Below, one piece after another: positions 18,555-27,455 of a stretch of 64,000 bases of DNA. Location: the NCBI GenBank assembly GCA_019459085.1, contig JAIBEW010000034.1:18767-82766 (forward strand), in the 5' to 3' direction. Within the stretch, counting starts at the first letter, position 1, and each line of letters starts with the position of its first letter. Both the position numbers and the translations under genes were made by a program. A model generated the notes under the pieces. The model ran no database searches. It was not told the DNA's origin and saw only the letters and a program-made list of their open reading frames with translations. Source of the DNA: Kaistella sp. (GTDB lineage Bacteria; Bacteroidota; Bacteroidia; Flavobacteriales; Weeksellaceae).

Positions 18555-18908
18555 GTGGCAAAAACGCTGTAGAATAGCTGTTCACATTCGGGTAATAAAG
18601 GGCTTTAAAATATGATGTTAACTTAACATAATTATTTTCTTTACACTTGATTTTTTGTATAATTTTGCTTCTGGAATTCAGCATGATTTTTGCTGGTAAA
18701 GCACAGAGGGTTAATTCATTAGGAAGATACCCCTTTATAGAATTTTCATAATTTCCCGCGTTCTGCTGTGTTTCAGTGTACCGGAAATTGATGGAGGTTT
18801 CAGTGCTTTAACGATAGCACCGGCTAATGATTTTGAATGGTTTTGAGGGAAGCGCTGAGAGGTCTCCATGCGCACCCTTAATAAGAATTGATACAAAAAA
18901 ACAAACAT

Positions 18909-21900
18909 ATGAAGACAAAACAATTTTCTTTTCTAAAACAGGCTCTTGCCTTAGTGATGGCATTCTGCTCCGTATTCATGTGGGGACAGACGGTCTGGAC
19001 CTATGATTTTGGAACAGGAACAGGAACATTTACATCAAGCACGGCTTCTACCAGTTTTTTACCGGCCCCGCAATCAAATGGAGGAACAGCTAGAGTAAGG
19101 GTCGGAACAAATCCTGGCAGCATTATTTTAGCCAATCCGGGACTGGCTTTGGGAAGTGGCAGTGAAATGCAATTTAAAACCAATTCGGGGAGTACGTCTA
19201 CTACAAAATTTTCCATTTATGATTATACTGCATCTAAAGCCGGTTATTTCAAAGCGAACGTAACCTTAAATGGCGGAACTACAGGGGTGTATAATCTCAT
19301 GATAGGAGATGGCGCTAATTTTTCAGATAACAACGCAATAGCTAACGCACAGGTATTTGCGGGACTACGCCTTACATTTGGTGCTTCCAACAGTATTTCC
19401 ACGGCAGTTTTAAGTAATGCCACATGGGTGACCACAGGCTTAACCAATGCTTCCACACTTTTTGCCCAAAGCGACACCAATATATATGCAATTGAGATTT
19501 ATTATAATAATACTACAACTCCAACTTCTTACGAAAGAAGTGGGTCCAATTCTCTGACAAATGCTACCTGGGATTTGTGGGTAAACGGAACAAAGGTAGG
19601 GACAGGTCTTGCAAAGGGCGCTTTCGGAACAAATCTAAATGTCGATTCCTTTGCTTTGAACCATCAAATTAGCGTGGCCGCAGGTACACAGGGTACGGTT
19701 TATCTGGACGATCTCGAGTATTCCAACGGTTTACCTGCTGTAGCCACCCCTACCATCTCAAGTATGCCTACCTCACTCAACGGATTCACCTACGTTCAAG
19801 GTGCTGGTCCTTCAACGGAACAAAGTTTTTCCGTGACGGGTTCCAATCTGTCGGCTTCTATTGATGTGAGTGCATCTGCAAACTGGGAGGTTTCACTGGC
19901 TGCAGCTTCAGGATACGCCAATGCGGTACAGCTTCCTGCTACAGGAGGTACCGTGTATACCCGACTGAGCGCAGGCTTAACGGAGAACCCAACCTATACC
20001 GGGAGTATAACACTGGCCAGTACCGGTGCAACCGATGTTACGGTGAACCTTTCCGGGTCGGTAACTGCTCCGCCTGTTACGCCTGTTGTGACCGGTGCAT
20101 CGCTAAACGGTACAGTGGGAACGGTATTTTCTTATCAGATACAGGCTACAGGAACGCCCGATTCCTATGCAGTATCTACCGGAACCCTGCCCGCAGGACT
20201 CTCGCTGAACACAACGACCGGTTTAATCTCCGGAACCCCTACGGCTGCAGGAAACGTGAGCGTGGACGTTACCGCTACCAATGGCGCCGGGACATCGGTG
20301 CCTGCGACGCTGGATTTCACCATTGCACAGGGTACCCAGACGGCGGCGCTGCCTGATCTTACCCCGAGTGTAGGTGCCTCGGCGATCACTTTGCCGGCCG
20401 CCACGAATGCCGGCCTCACGATTACCTATATCAGCGATAATCCTGCAGTAGCTTCCGTTTCCGGAAACACGCTTACCGTTGGAAACACCGGAACCGCAAC
20501 CGTAACCGCGAGCAATGCAGGCAACGCAGATTATACCGCATTTAACGACACCTTTACGGTGACCGTCACCAATCCGCCGGTGAGTATTCTGGAGTTTGAT
20601 TTTGCAGGGATTGCGGGAGATGAAGTTTCTTTCGGATCTTCTACAAATGCCACGGGCTTAGAGGCTTCAGTCATTACGAGAGGAGCCGGCCTTACCGCTT
20701 CCACCAATGCTGACCGCTTCAATGCCATCAACTGGGCTACTACTTCCATCGCCAATGCGGTGTCCGGTAACGATTATATGGAGTTTACCGTTACGCCAGG
20801 TTTGGGTTATCAGTTCAGCGTTTCAGCCATCACCTTTCAGATTCAGCGTTCAGGCACGGGATTAAGTGCTGTTGCTTTACGAAGCTCTGCTGACAATTAT
20901 GCCGCCGATCTTGACGGGCAGAAGACTGTAACCGATAATACCGGAACCCAGGCCTTTACATTCAACTTTATCCAGGCTGATTCTACAGGTCCAGTAATAT
21001 ATCGACTTTATGGTTATTCTGAAGCTGCAGGCGGATCGGCCGGTATCGGAGACTTCACCGGAAGCGACCTTACCATCACCGGAAATGTAACCGTGGATCC
21101 TGCAAAAACCGTATGGGCAGGTTCTCCCGGAGCATGGACGAACGGTACACCGGTGGCAGGTCTGCAAGCAATCATCGCAGCAGACTATGCTGGTACCTCT
21201 TTCGAATCCCAATCCCTAACCGTGAACACCGGCTTTACCCTTACGGTAAATACTTTCGTGAAGACGGGCGATGTGGAGAACAACGGCAACATTACGGTGG
21301 CCAATAATGCCAATTTTGTGCAGACCGGAAACTTTACCGCAGGCACGGGTTCAGCCTTTAAGGTATGGAGAGACACAAAACCGGCAAAACGGCTGGCCTA
21401 TATCGGATGGAGCAGTCCCCTCGAAAGTGCTGCCCAGACCCTGAAAGCGTTTTCGTACGGAAGACTGGCCGACGGCGTTACACCACAGTCTGCCACCGGA
21501 ACGGTCGATAATCGTTTCCTGACGTATAACAATGAAGTGTTTGTCTCTACACCGGCTACCGGAACGTTTACACCTGCAGGAAAAGGGTTTCAGATCCGGA
21601 CTCCGAATGATTTTACGACCACACCGCAGGTCTTCCACGGTTTGTTTGAAGGCAGCAAACCGAACTCCGGAACCGTGAACTATGACCATTCCGGTATTAC
21701 CGGTGACTTCGTGCTGCTGGGGAATCCGTATCCAAGTGCTATTTCGGTGCAGGAATTTCTGAATGCAAATCCGGGAACCACAGAAACTGTATACTTCTGG
21801 AACAGTGAAGCTGAAATGGATGTGAACGGCCAGTACACCGGCACGAACTATAATACCTATGCACCGGGAACAGGAGCTGTGCCCCTGAATTCGGTGAACG

Positions 21901-22682
21901 GATATATTCCGGTTGCGCAGGGCTTCTTCGTGGAGCGTGGTACTGCAGCCACTCCTATTGTGTTTACCAATGCGATGCGACAGACTACCGAAACTGGGAT
22001 ATTCAGTAAAGCCCCCGCAACGGATAAGTTCTGGCTTCAGCTGAATACAACGACCGGTGCCGCCCCTCAGATGCTTTTCGCCTTCAACAGCGCGGCGACT
22101 GCCGGTATCGATGCCGGATATGATGCCAAAATGCTCGACAGCAATACCGAATCGCTGTATACGAAAGTCGGCACCGAAAAACTCATCATTGATTCACACG
22201 GTGCTTTCCAGAATACCGACCACTTCGATGTTTTCCTGAATACCAACACTGTGCGGAACTATACCGTTTCGCTGCTGCACGGCGACGGGATCTTTGCGGG
22301 TTCTCAGGCCATTTACCTCCGCGATAAAGTCACCGGCACGTTCACGAACCTGAGTACGGGAAGCTACAGCTTCACATCGACAGGTACAGGCGAGGAAAAC
22401 CGTTTTGAAATCCTTTTCCAGCCCCAGTCGATACTGGGTACTGCGGAAACCGTAAAAGATGAGGTCATCATCTATTCTGCCGGAACCAACGTTCATGTAA
22501 AGTCAGCGGAGAAAATAAGCCGTATAGAACTCTATGACCTGAGCGGAAGGCTTTTAGCGGCATCCAAAGGAAATGCCCGTACCGAAATGACCATTGCAGT
22601 CAACTATACAGGACCTGTTTTGGTGCAGGCAGTACTGATGAACGGTAATGTAGTGAGGAAGAAGGTGATGGTGGGTGAATAA
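18909..22682 (+). CDS. large T9SS-sorted cell-surface protein with Ig-like repeats
   Basis: The ATG at 18909 yields a signal peptide (MKTKQFSFLKQALALVMAFCSVFMWGQ). An Ig-like segment is present (PAGLSLNTTTGLISGTPTAAG), along with a Big-like segment (NPAVASVSGNTLTVGNTGTATVTA). The C-terminal ~80 aa (ISRIELYDLSGRLL...VVRKKVMV) resemble a type A T9SS sorting domain. Confidence 0.8.
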   Translation: MKTKQFSFLKQALALVMAFCSVFMWGQTVWTYDFGTGTGTFTSSTASTSFLPAPQSNGGTARVRVGTNPGSIILANPGLALGSGSEMQFKTNSGSTSTTKFSIYDYTASKAGYFKANVTLNGGTTGVYNLMIGDGANFSDNNAIANAQVFAGLRLTFGASNSISTAVLSNATWVTTGLTNASTLFAQSDTNIYAIEIYYNNTTTPTSYERSGSNSLTNATWDLWVNGTKVGTGLAKGAFGTNLNVDSFALNHQISVAAGTQGTVYLDDLEYSNGLPAVATPTISSMPTSLNGFTYVQGAGPSTEQSFSVTGSNLSASIDVSASANWEVSLAAASGYANAVQLPATGGTVYTRLSAGLTENPTYTGSITLASTGATDVTVNLSGSVTAPPVTPVVTGASLNGTVGTVFSYQIQATGTPDSYAVSTGTLPAGLSLNTTTGLISGTPTAAGNVSVDVTATNGAGTSVPATLDFTIAQGTQTAALPDLTPSVGASAITLPAATNAGLTITYISDNPAVASVSGNTLTVGNTGTATVTASNAGNADYTAFNDTFTVTVTNPPVSILEFDFAGIAGDEVSFGSSTNATGLEASVITRGAGLTASTNADRFNAINWATTSIANAVSGNDYMEFTVTPGLGYQFSVSAITFQIQRSGTGLSAVALRSSADNYAADLDGQKTVTDNTGTQAFTFNFIQADSTGPVIYRLYGYSEAAGGSAGIGDFTGSDLTITGNVTVDPAKTVWAGSPGAWTNGTPVAGLQAIIAADYAGTSFESQSLTVNTGFTLTVNTFVKTGDVENNGNITVANNANFVQTGNFTAGTGSAFKVWRDTKPAKRLAYIGWSSPLESAAQTLKAFSYGRLADGVTPQSATGTVDNRFLTYNNEVFVSTPATGTFTPAGKGFQIRTPNDFTTTPQVFHGLFEGSKPNSGTVNYDHSGITGDFVLLGNPYPSAISVQEFLNANPGTTETVYFWNSEAEMDVNGQYTGTNYNTYAPGTGAVPLNSVNGYIPVAQGFFVERGTAATPIVFTNAMRQTTETGIFSKAPATDKFWLQLNTTTGAAPQMLFAFNSAATAGIDAGYDAKMLDSNTESLYTKVGTEKLIIDSHGAFQNTDHFDVFLNTNTVRNYTVSLLHGDGIFAGSQAIYLRDKVTGTFTNLSTGSYSFTSTGTGEENRFEILFQPQSILGTAETVKDEVIIYSAGTNVHVKSAEKISRIELYDLSGRLLAASKGNARTEMTIAVNYTGPVLVQAVLMNGNVVRKKVMVGE

Positions 22683-22758
22683 GAGCCAGGAACCAAGAAT
22701 CAAGAGCCAAGGAAAAAGTAAAATGAGCCTGATAAAAAGGCGAAAGGGAAGGATGAAG

Positions 22759-22953
22759 GATGAGTGATGAAGTGGGGAAAAGTACGAAGTGGGAAGTGCG
22801 AATGACGAAAATGGAACCATGGAGGATGAGTGATGGAGTCGGGATGCGGAATGCCGGTTATGAGTGATGGGGGAAAAGTGCGAAGTGCGAAGTGCGAATG
22901 ACGAAATGGAAAGGATGAAGTCGGGATGCGGGATGCCAGTTATGAGTGATGAA
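22759..22953 (+). repeat. purine-rich imperfect tandem repeat, period about 100 nt ([X Y][X' Y'])
   Basis: X at 22759-22824 matches X' at 22859-22913 (gtgcgaa/tgacgaa words). Y at 22825-22869 matches Y' at 22914-22953 (gtcgggatgcgg(a/g)atgcc(g/a)gttatgagtgatg). Confidence 0.75.
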
Positions 22954-23010
22954 GCATGAGTTAGGAGGCTGGAACAGGATTTTAGAAGCGATAGTTGAAA
23001 GATTTTCAGA

Positions 23011-23137
23011 TTAAAAATTAATAATCCAAAATCCAAAATTAAAAATCCATTTCCTAACATCTAACCTCAAACCTCTAATCCCCAACACCCAGCATCCAGC
23101 ATCCAAACATTATCTAACAACAAAAACAAACAACATC
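23011..23137 (+). other. G-depleted CA/T-rich heptad leader abutting the start codon
   Basis: Only 2 G in 127 nt (at 23092 and 23099). Heptads include tccaaaa tccaaaa ttaaaaa tccattt cctaaca tctaacc tcaaacc tctaatc cccaaca cccagca tccagca tccaaac. Confidence 0.85.
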
Positions 23138-23398
23138 ATGAAAAAATTATATACAGCAGTTTTAGTAGCAGGATTTTCCGCTTTCGGATGGGCACAGGAG
23201 GAAATTGTGAATCCCTTTAAAAAAACCGAAGAACAGTATTATGCCTTTGAAGTAGCCCGTAACCCTGGAGCAGGCGGCGATCTTGGCGGCGATGACGCTC
23301 CGGCGGCGCCAATTGACAGCCCGGTGCCGTATCTGGTGGTGACGGGACTCATCCTCGCGGCATGGTATGGTAGAAGGAAGGTGGGAATGACGAAGTGA
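23138..23398 (+). CDS. small secreted protein with a PEP-CTERM-like (PID motif) C-terminal sorting signal
   Basis: 86 aa. Signal peptide MKKLYTAVLVAGFSAFGWAQ, Gly/Asp/Ala-rich linker, then APID-SPVPYLVVTGLILAAWYG-RRK (motif, TM helix, basic cluster). Confidence 0.6.
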   Translation: MKKLYTAVLVAGFSAFGWAQEEIVNPFKKTEEQYYAFEVARNPGAGGDLGGDDAPAAPIDSPVPYLVVTGLILAAWYGRRKVGMTK

Positions 23399-23480
23399 GA
23401 GGTGGGAATTACGAAGTACGAATGACGAAGTGGGAATGAGAAGCGCTGGAAGCTGGATGCTTGAGACTGAATACTGACCG

Positions 23481-24108
23481 CTGACCGCCGAACGCGAAAT
23501 GTTCCCAATCCAACTTCAGCACCGTCATTGCGAGGCGGAGATGGTCCCTGAGCGAAGTCGAAGGGAACGACAACGAAGCAATCCCGTCTTAAACCCCATT
23601 TATGCCCCTCGTGTCCCCCTTTGTGCCCTTTGTGGTTAAGAGAAGACAGAAATAAGAGCAAAGATCCCAAAAACGGGGTCCGGAATGAGGAAATGTAATA
23701 ATAAGTTAATATGGTCCCGCAAAATGGAGGTGGAAGCCAAACGCTGAATGCCGGGTCCGGAGCTTTCTTCGAATCCCATTTGTGTCCCTGGTGCCTCCCT
23801 TTGTGCCCTTTGTGGTTGGAAAGCAGGATGCTGGAAGCCGAAAGCTAAACGCTGACCGCCAACCGCCAAATGTTCCCAATCCCTCTTCACCACCGTCATC
23901 GCCAGGCGGAGGAAGGACAACGAAGCAATCCCGTCTTGAACTCCATTTATGTCCCTGGTGCCTCCCTTTGTGACTTTGTGGTTAAGGGAAAACAGAATAA
24001 AGAAAAAAGAGCAAAGATCCCAAAAACGGGGTCCGGAATGAGGAAATATAATAATTAGTTAATATGATCCTCGAAAAATGGAGGTGGATGCTGAACGCTG
24101 ACCGCCGA
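23481..24108 (+). repeat. tandem duplication of a ~260-275-nt unit, period 371 nt
   Basis: Unit 1 is 23481-23755 and unit 2 is 23852-24108. Both run ctgaccgcc...aaatgttcccaatcc...C-like core...gcaatcccgtctt...tttgtg(c/a)c(c)tttgtggttaag...aagatcccaaaaacggggtccggaatgaggaaat...ggaggtgga. A third D-like fragment lies at 23771-23817. Confidence 0.8.
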
Positions 24109-24234
24109 AAGCTAACCGCCTAAACAACTACACAACTCAACCTCTTAACAACTCAGCCTTCCACGACTGAACGACTCAACAACTGAACGACACCACGACT
24201 CAACAACTCACCACCCCCACAAAATTTCTTTCCA

Positions 24235-24266
24235 TTGCCTCCAAATCACTTTTTTCCTTATATTTG
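24235..24266 (+). promoter_or_regulatory. candidate Bacteroidota promoter for wza/wzc locus 1 (TTG-N21-TAtaTTTG)
   Basis: A -33-like aTTG lies at 24234-24237 and a -7 box TATATTTG at 24259-24266. The spacer is 21 nt. The box ends 20 nt upstream of the ATG at 24286. Confidence 0.45.
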
Positions 24267-24285
24267 CCACAATTAGCTTTTACGA

Positions 24286-25086
24286 ATGAAAAAATTCACT
24301 AGCCTTCTGGGGCTTCTCTTTATTCTGGCAGCAATGCTTTCATGCAAGCCTAAGCAGAATATGGTGTATATGGAAACCGACCGTGCCGTGGCCAATGAAC
24401 AGGTACAGCAGGCGGTGTTTGAAGGTTCGCGTCTTCAGTCGGGGGACCTTCTTGACATCAAGGTAACCGCATTTGACGAATATGCCGTGCGCCCTTTCAA
24501 TCTCCACTCCATGAACCAGGTGAGTAGTCCGGATGAAGTGGCCAGCAGTCAGGCAGCCCAGGCTGCGCCTCAAGGCTATATCATTGACAATGATGGCTAT
24601 CTATATTTCCCGGTACTCGGGAAACTCTATGTAAAGGGTATGACGATGGCGCAACTCCGCGAAGATCTGGAGAAACGCCTTTTAACCTATCTTTCTGACC
24701 CTATGGTCTCGATCCGTCAGCTGAATTTTAATGTGACCGTTCTAGGTGAAGTGAAAAAACCCGGCCAGTATACAAGTGCTTCCGATAAAGTAACCGTACT
24801 GCAGGCCCTCGGGATGGCAGGCGACATGACCGACTTTGGAGACCGGACTCGCGTGAAACTCGTTCGGAACGAAGACGGAGCGACGCATACCTATCTGATT
24901 GATTTTACCGATGCCAATATCACCTCCTCCCCTTACTATTATATGCAGCAGAACGATGTGCTGTATGTGGAGCCGGATGAGATCAAGAAAAAATCGGCAA
25001 ATGTGGACCCGAACCGTAACCTGGCCTTCCAGATCGGCGGTATCGTGTTAGGTCTGGCTTCGGTAATTATTACGCTATTAAGATAA
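24286..25086 (+). CDS. wza: polysaccharide export outer-membrane lipoprotein (Wza family), copy 1
   Basis: 266 aa. Lipobox AAMLSC, a Poly_export-like segment (GDLLDIKV...IDNDGYLYFPVLGKLYVKGMT) and an SLBB-like segment (VTVLGEVKKPGQY). Confidence 0.85.
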   Translation: MKKFTSLLGLLFILAAMLSCKPKQNMVYMETDRAVANEQVQQAVFEGSRLQSGDLLDIKVTAFDEYAVRPFNLHSMNQVSSPDEVASSQAAQAAPQGYIIDNDGYLYFPVLGKLYVKGMTMAQLREDLEKRLLTYLSDPMVSIRQLNFNVTVLGEVKKPGQYTSASDKVTVLQALGMAGDMTDFGDRTRVKLVRNEDGATHTYLIDFTDANITSSPYYYMQQNDVLYVEPDEIKKKSANVDPNRNLAFQIGGIVLGLASVIITLLR

Positions 25087-25090
25087 ACGC

Positions 25091-27433
25091 ATGGAACTGA
25101 CAGATAAAATTTCGGAACAGAAGGACAGTGGGGAAATCAAAAGACAGATCCAGCGCTATTTGCGCTGGTGGCCTCTTTTTATGGCCAGTGCATTGTTGGG
25201 TTTAAGCGTAGCATGGATCTATCTGCGGTATGCTACGCCTCAGTATATGAGCAAGGCATCTCTTTATGTAAAAAGTTCTGCAGGCAAGCAGGGCGGCATG
25301 GTGGGTCTGGAGGATTTTCAGAACATGGCACTGCCGGGATTGATGTCCAATGAGGTCGACAATGAGATCTCTGTTGTGAAATCAAAGCCGCTGCTTTATA
25401 ATGTGGTAAAAAGCCTCGGCCTCGAGATAAAGGCCATTAATGAAGGCAATGTAAAAGAAGCCGAACTCTATGAAACAAGCCCGTTCAGAGGCAAAATCCT
25501 GAATCTGAAATCACCCCGTAATTTTGGATCGCATACGTACACGATTACACCGGTAGGCACGCAGGGCTTTAAACTCAAAGATGCGAAGAAAGAGATATCC
25601 GGAACTTACGGCCTGCCGGTTATGACGGAGTTCGGCAGTTTTACGCTGACGCGTACTCCGGACATCCAATTTAACGCCCCCCTCACACTTATCGTAACCA
25701 ATCCGAAGGTCGTCGCAGACCGTATCGAAGCGTCGATAAGTGTCGTGATTCCGCAGAAGAAATCGAGCATAATGGAACTAAGTCGGGTCGGCACGAACCC
25801 GCTGCGCTCTGAAGATATCCTGAATGAACTCATGAAGCAGTACAATGCCGATGCGATCAAGGATAAGAATGCTGAAGCGATGACGACTGCGGCGTTTATC
25901 GATGACCGGCTTGATTTAATCACGCGCGAACTAGGTGGCATTGAATCACAGAAAGAAAATTTCAAGCAGGCAAACAAGATTGCGGATCTTGAAGCGCAGG
26001 CACAACTCAGCCTCCAGAATGCGAGCGAGAACACGAAGAAACTGATGGAGGTCGGCACACAGCTTGAAATGGTGGATTCCGTTTTGAGAATCGCGAATTC
26101 CTCCGCAAACGACCAGCTTCTGCCGACTAATGTCGGCATGCCCTCCGGTCTGGACGGCGTCATTAATGAATATAACCAGCTCGTGCTGACGCGTAACCGG
26201 ACCCTAAGACAGGCCACGCCTTCGAATCCTGCCGTGCAGCAGTTCAATAAAGATATTGCCTCGATGCGCAACCTGATTCGGGACAATTTAAGAAAGTCCA
26301 GAACCAGCCTGCAGATCTCAATGGGTCAGGTGCAGGAACAGATCTCGAAGTCCGGCGCGGATATCAGCAAATTCCCGCAGCAGGAGAGGGTCTTCCGTGG
26401 CATTGAAAGACAGCAGAACCTTAAGGAGGCTTTATTCTTGTACCTCCTTCAGAAAAGAGAGGAGACGTCAATTGCCCTTTCGGTAAACACTCCAAAAGCG
26501 AAGATCGTCAACCCAGCCTATACCTTAGGAGAGCCCGTGGCTCCACAAAGAAATAAAATCTATCTCACCGGTATTTTAATAGGTTTGATTTTACCAGGAT
26601 TGTTCCTTTACACCCGTTTTGCACTGGATACCTATGTGCACAGCCGCCGCCAGATCCGCCAGGCGCTGCCGGAAGTACCGGTGGTGGGCGAAATCCCGAA
26701 TGCAGGCGAAGTGGATGGCGACTTGGTGAAGACGAATGATTTCTCTTCATTTGCCGAGTCTTTCAGGATTATGCTCACGAATATGAAGTTTGTTCTGAAG
26801 AAGCCAGCAGAGGGAATGGCACCGGTCATCCTCGTCTCGTCTTCGGTTAAAGGGGAAGGAAAAACAACGGTGAGTGTAAATACAGCGTTGACCCTTGCGC
26901 AGAACCGGAAAGTCCTGCTCATCGGGGCCGATATCAGGAACCCGCAGTTCAAGCGCTTTATGCAGCTTCCGAATGACGGGCTTTCCGATTTTCTCGCTTC
27001 TACTGATGCTGCTGCGAATTCCTATATTGTACCTTCGGGTCTGAGTCAGAACCTCGACGTGATCCCAAGCGGAAGCATCGCGCCGAACCCGACGGAACTC
27101 CTTGCGAATCCAAAATTCGGAACCATCCTTGAAGACCTGAAGCCACATTACGACTATATTGTGATTGACTCGGCACCAATGCTGATGGTAAGTGACACGT
27201 TTAACCTGCTCGGATATATGGATCTTTTGCTCTATGTGATGCGGGCGGAGCATACCGATAAAGACATGCTTGAATTTGCAGACCAGATGATGAAGGAAAA
27301 CGCAAAAGGAAAATTTGCAATTGTCCTTAATGATGTAAAGAATCTGCATTTAAGCTACGGCAATAAATACGGTTACGGCTACTATACCGAAGGCCCGAAA
27401 AAGAAAAAATGGTATGCCTTCCTAAAACCTTAA
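25091..27433 (+). CDS. wzc: polysaccharide co-polymerase / tyrosine autokinase (Wzc family), copy 1
   Basis: 780 aa. Wzz-like N-terminal region with a coiled coil, Walker [12 protein letters not shown], Walker B-like IVIDSAP, and a C-terminal Tyr cluster [10 protein letters not shown]. Confidence 0.9.
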   Translation: MELTDKISEQKDSGEIKRQIQRYLRWWPLFMASALLGLSVAWIYLRYATPQYMSKASLYVKSSAGKQGGMVGLEDFQNMALPGLMSNEVDNEISVVKSKPLLYNVVKSLGLEIKAINEGNVKEAELYETSPFRGKILNLKSPRNFGSHTYTITPVGTQGFKLKDAKKEISGTYGLPVMTEFGSFTLTRTPDIQFNAPLTLIVTNPKVVADRIEASISVVIPQKKSSIMELSRVGTNPLRSEDILNELMKQYNADAIKDKNAEAMTTAAFIDDRLDLITRELGGIESQKENFKQANKIADLEAQAQLSLQNASENTKKLMEVGTQLEMVDSVLRIANSSANDQLLPTNVGMPSGLDGVINEYNQLVLTRNRTLRQATPSNPAVQQFNKDIASMRNLIRDNLRKSRTSLQISMGQVQEQISKSGADISKFPQQERVFRGIERQQNLKEALFLYLLQKREETSIALSVNTPKAKIVNPAYTLGEPVAPQRNKIYLTGILIGLILPGLFLYTRFALDTYVHSRRQIRQALPEVPVVGEIPNAGEVDGDLVKTNDFSSFAESFRIMLTNMKFVLKKPAEGMAPVILVSSSVKGEGKTTVSVNTALTLAQNRKVLLIGADIRNPQFKRFMQLPNDGLSDFLASTDAAANSYIVPSGLSQNLDVIPSGSIAPNPTELLANPKFGTILEDLKPHYDYIVIDSAPMLMVSDTFNLLGYMDLLLYVMRAEHTDKDMLEFADQMMKENAKGKFAIVLNDVKNLHLSYGNKYGYGYYTEGPKKKKWYAFLKP

Positions 27434-27455
27434 AAAGCTTTAAACCTCACTAACC

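Noticed and set aside
18888-18908. TTG start giving a 7-codon extension of the T9SS protein
   Set aside because: The ATG at 18909 gives a canonical signal peptide, and the extension adds nothing.
22554-23670. - strand ORFs of 168 and 143 aa (HSS/SHF-rich, NHKGHKGGHEGHK)
   Set aside because: They are low-complexity translations of heptad words and overlap the real + strand genes at both ends.
23757-23780. tRNA-like T-arm (cttcgaatccc)
   Set aside because: No acceptor stem or anticodon arm can be drawn. The sequence is part of the D-like repeat fragment.
22759-24108. Possible CRISPR array
   Set aside because: The repeats are imperfect and variable in length, with no alternation of constant repeats and unique spacers. 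No cas genes are present in the window.
23399-24285. Invertible (phase-variable) promoter as in Bacteroides capsule loci
   Set aside because: No flanking inverted repeats bracket the candidate promoter, and no site-specific recombinase is nearby. The repeats here are direct.
25606-27349. 226-aa and 200-aa - strand ORFs inside wzc copy 1
   Set aside because: They are antisense to a gene with Walker motifs and a Tyr cluster. No motifs were seen, and the composition is skewed towards Ser/Arg.
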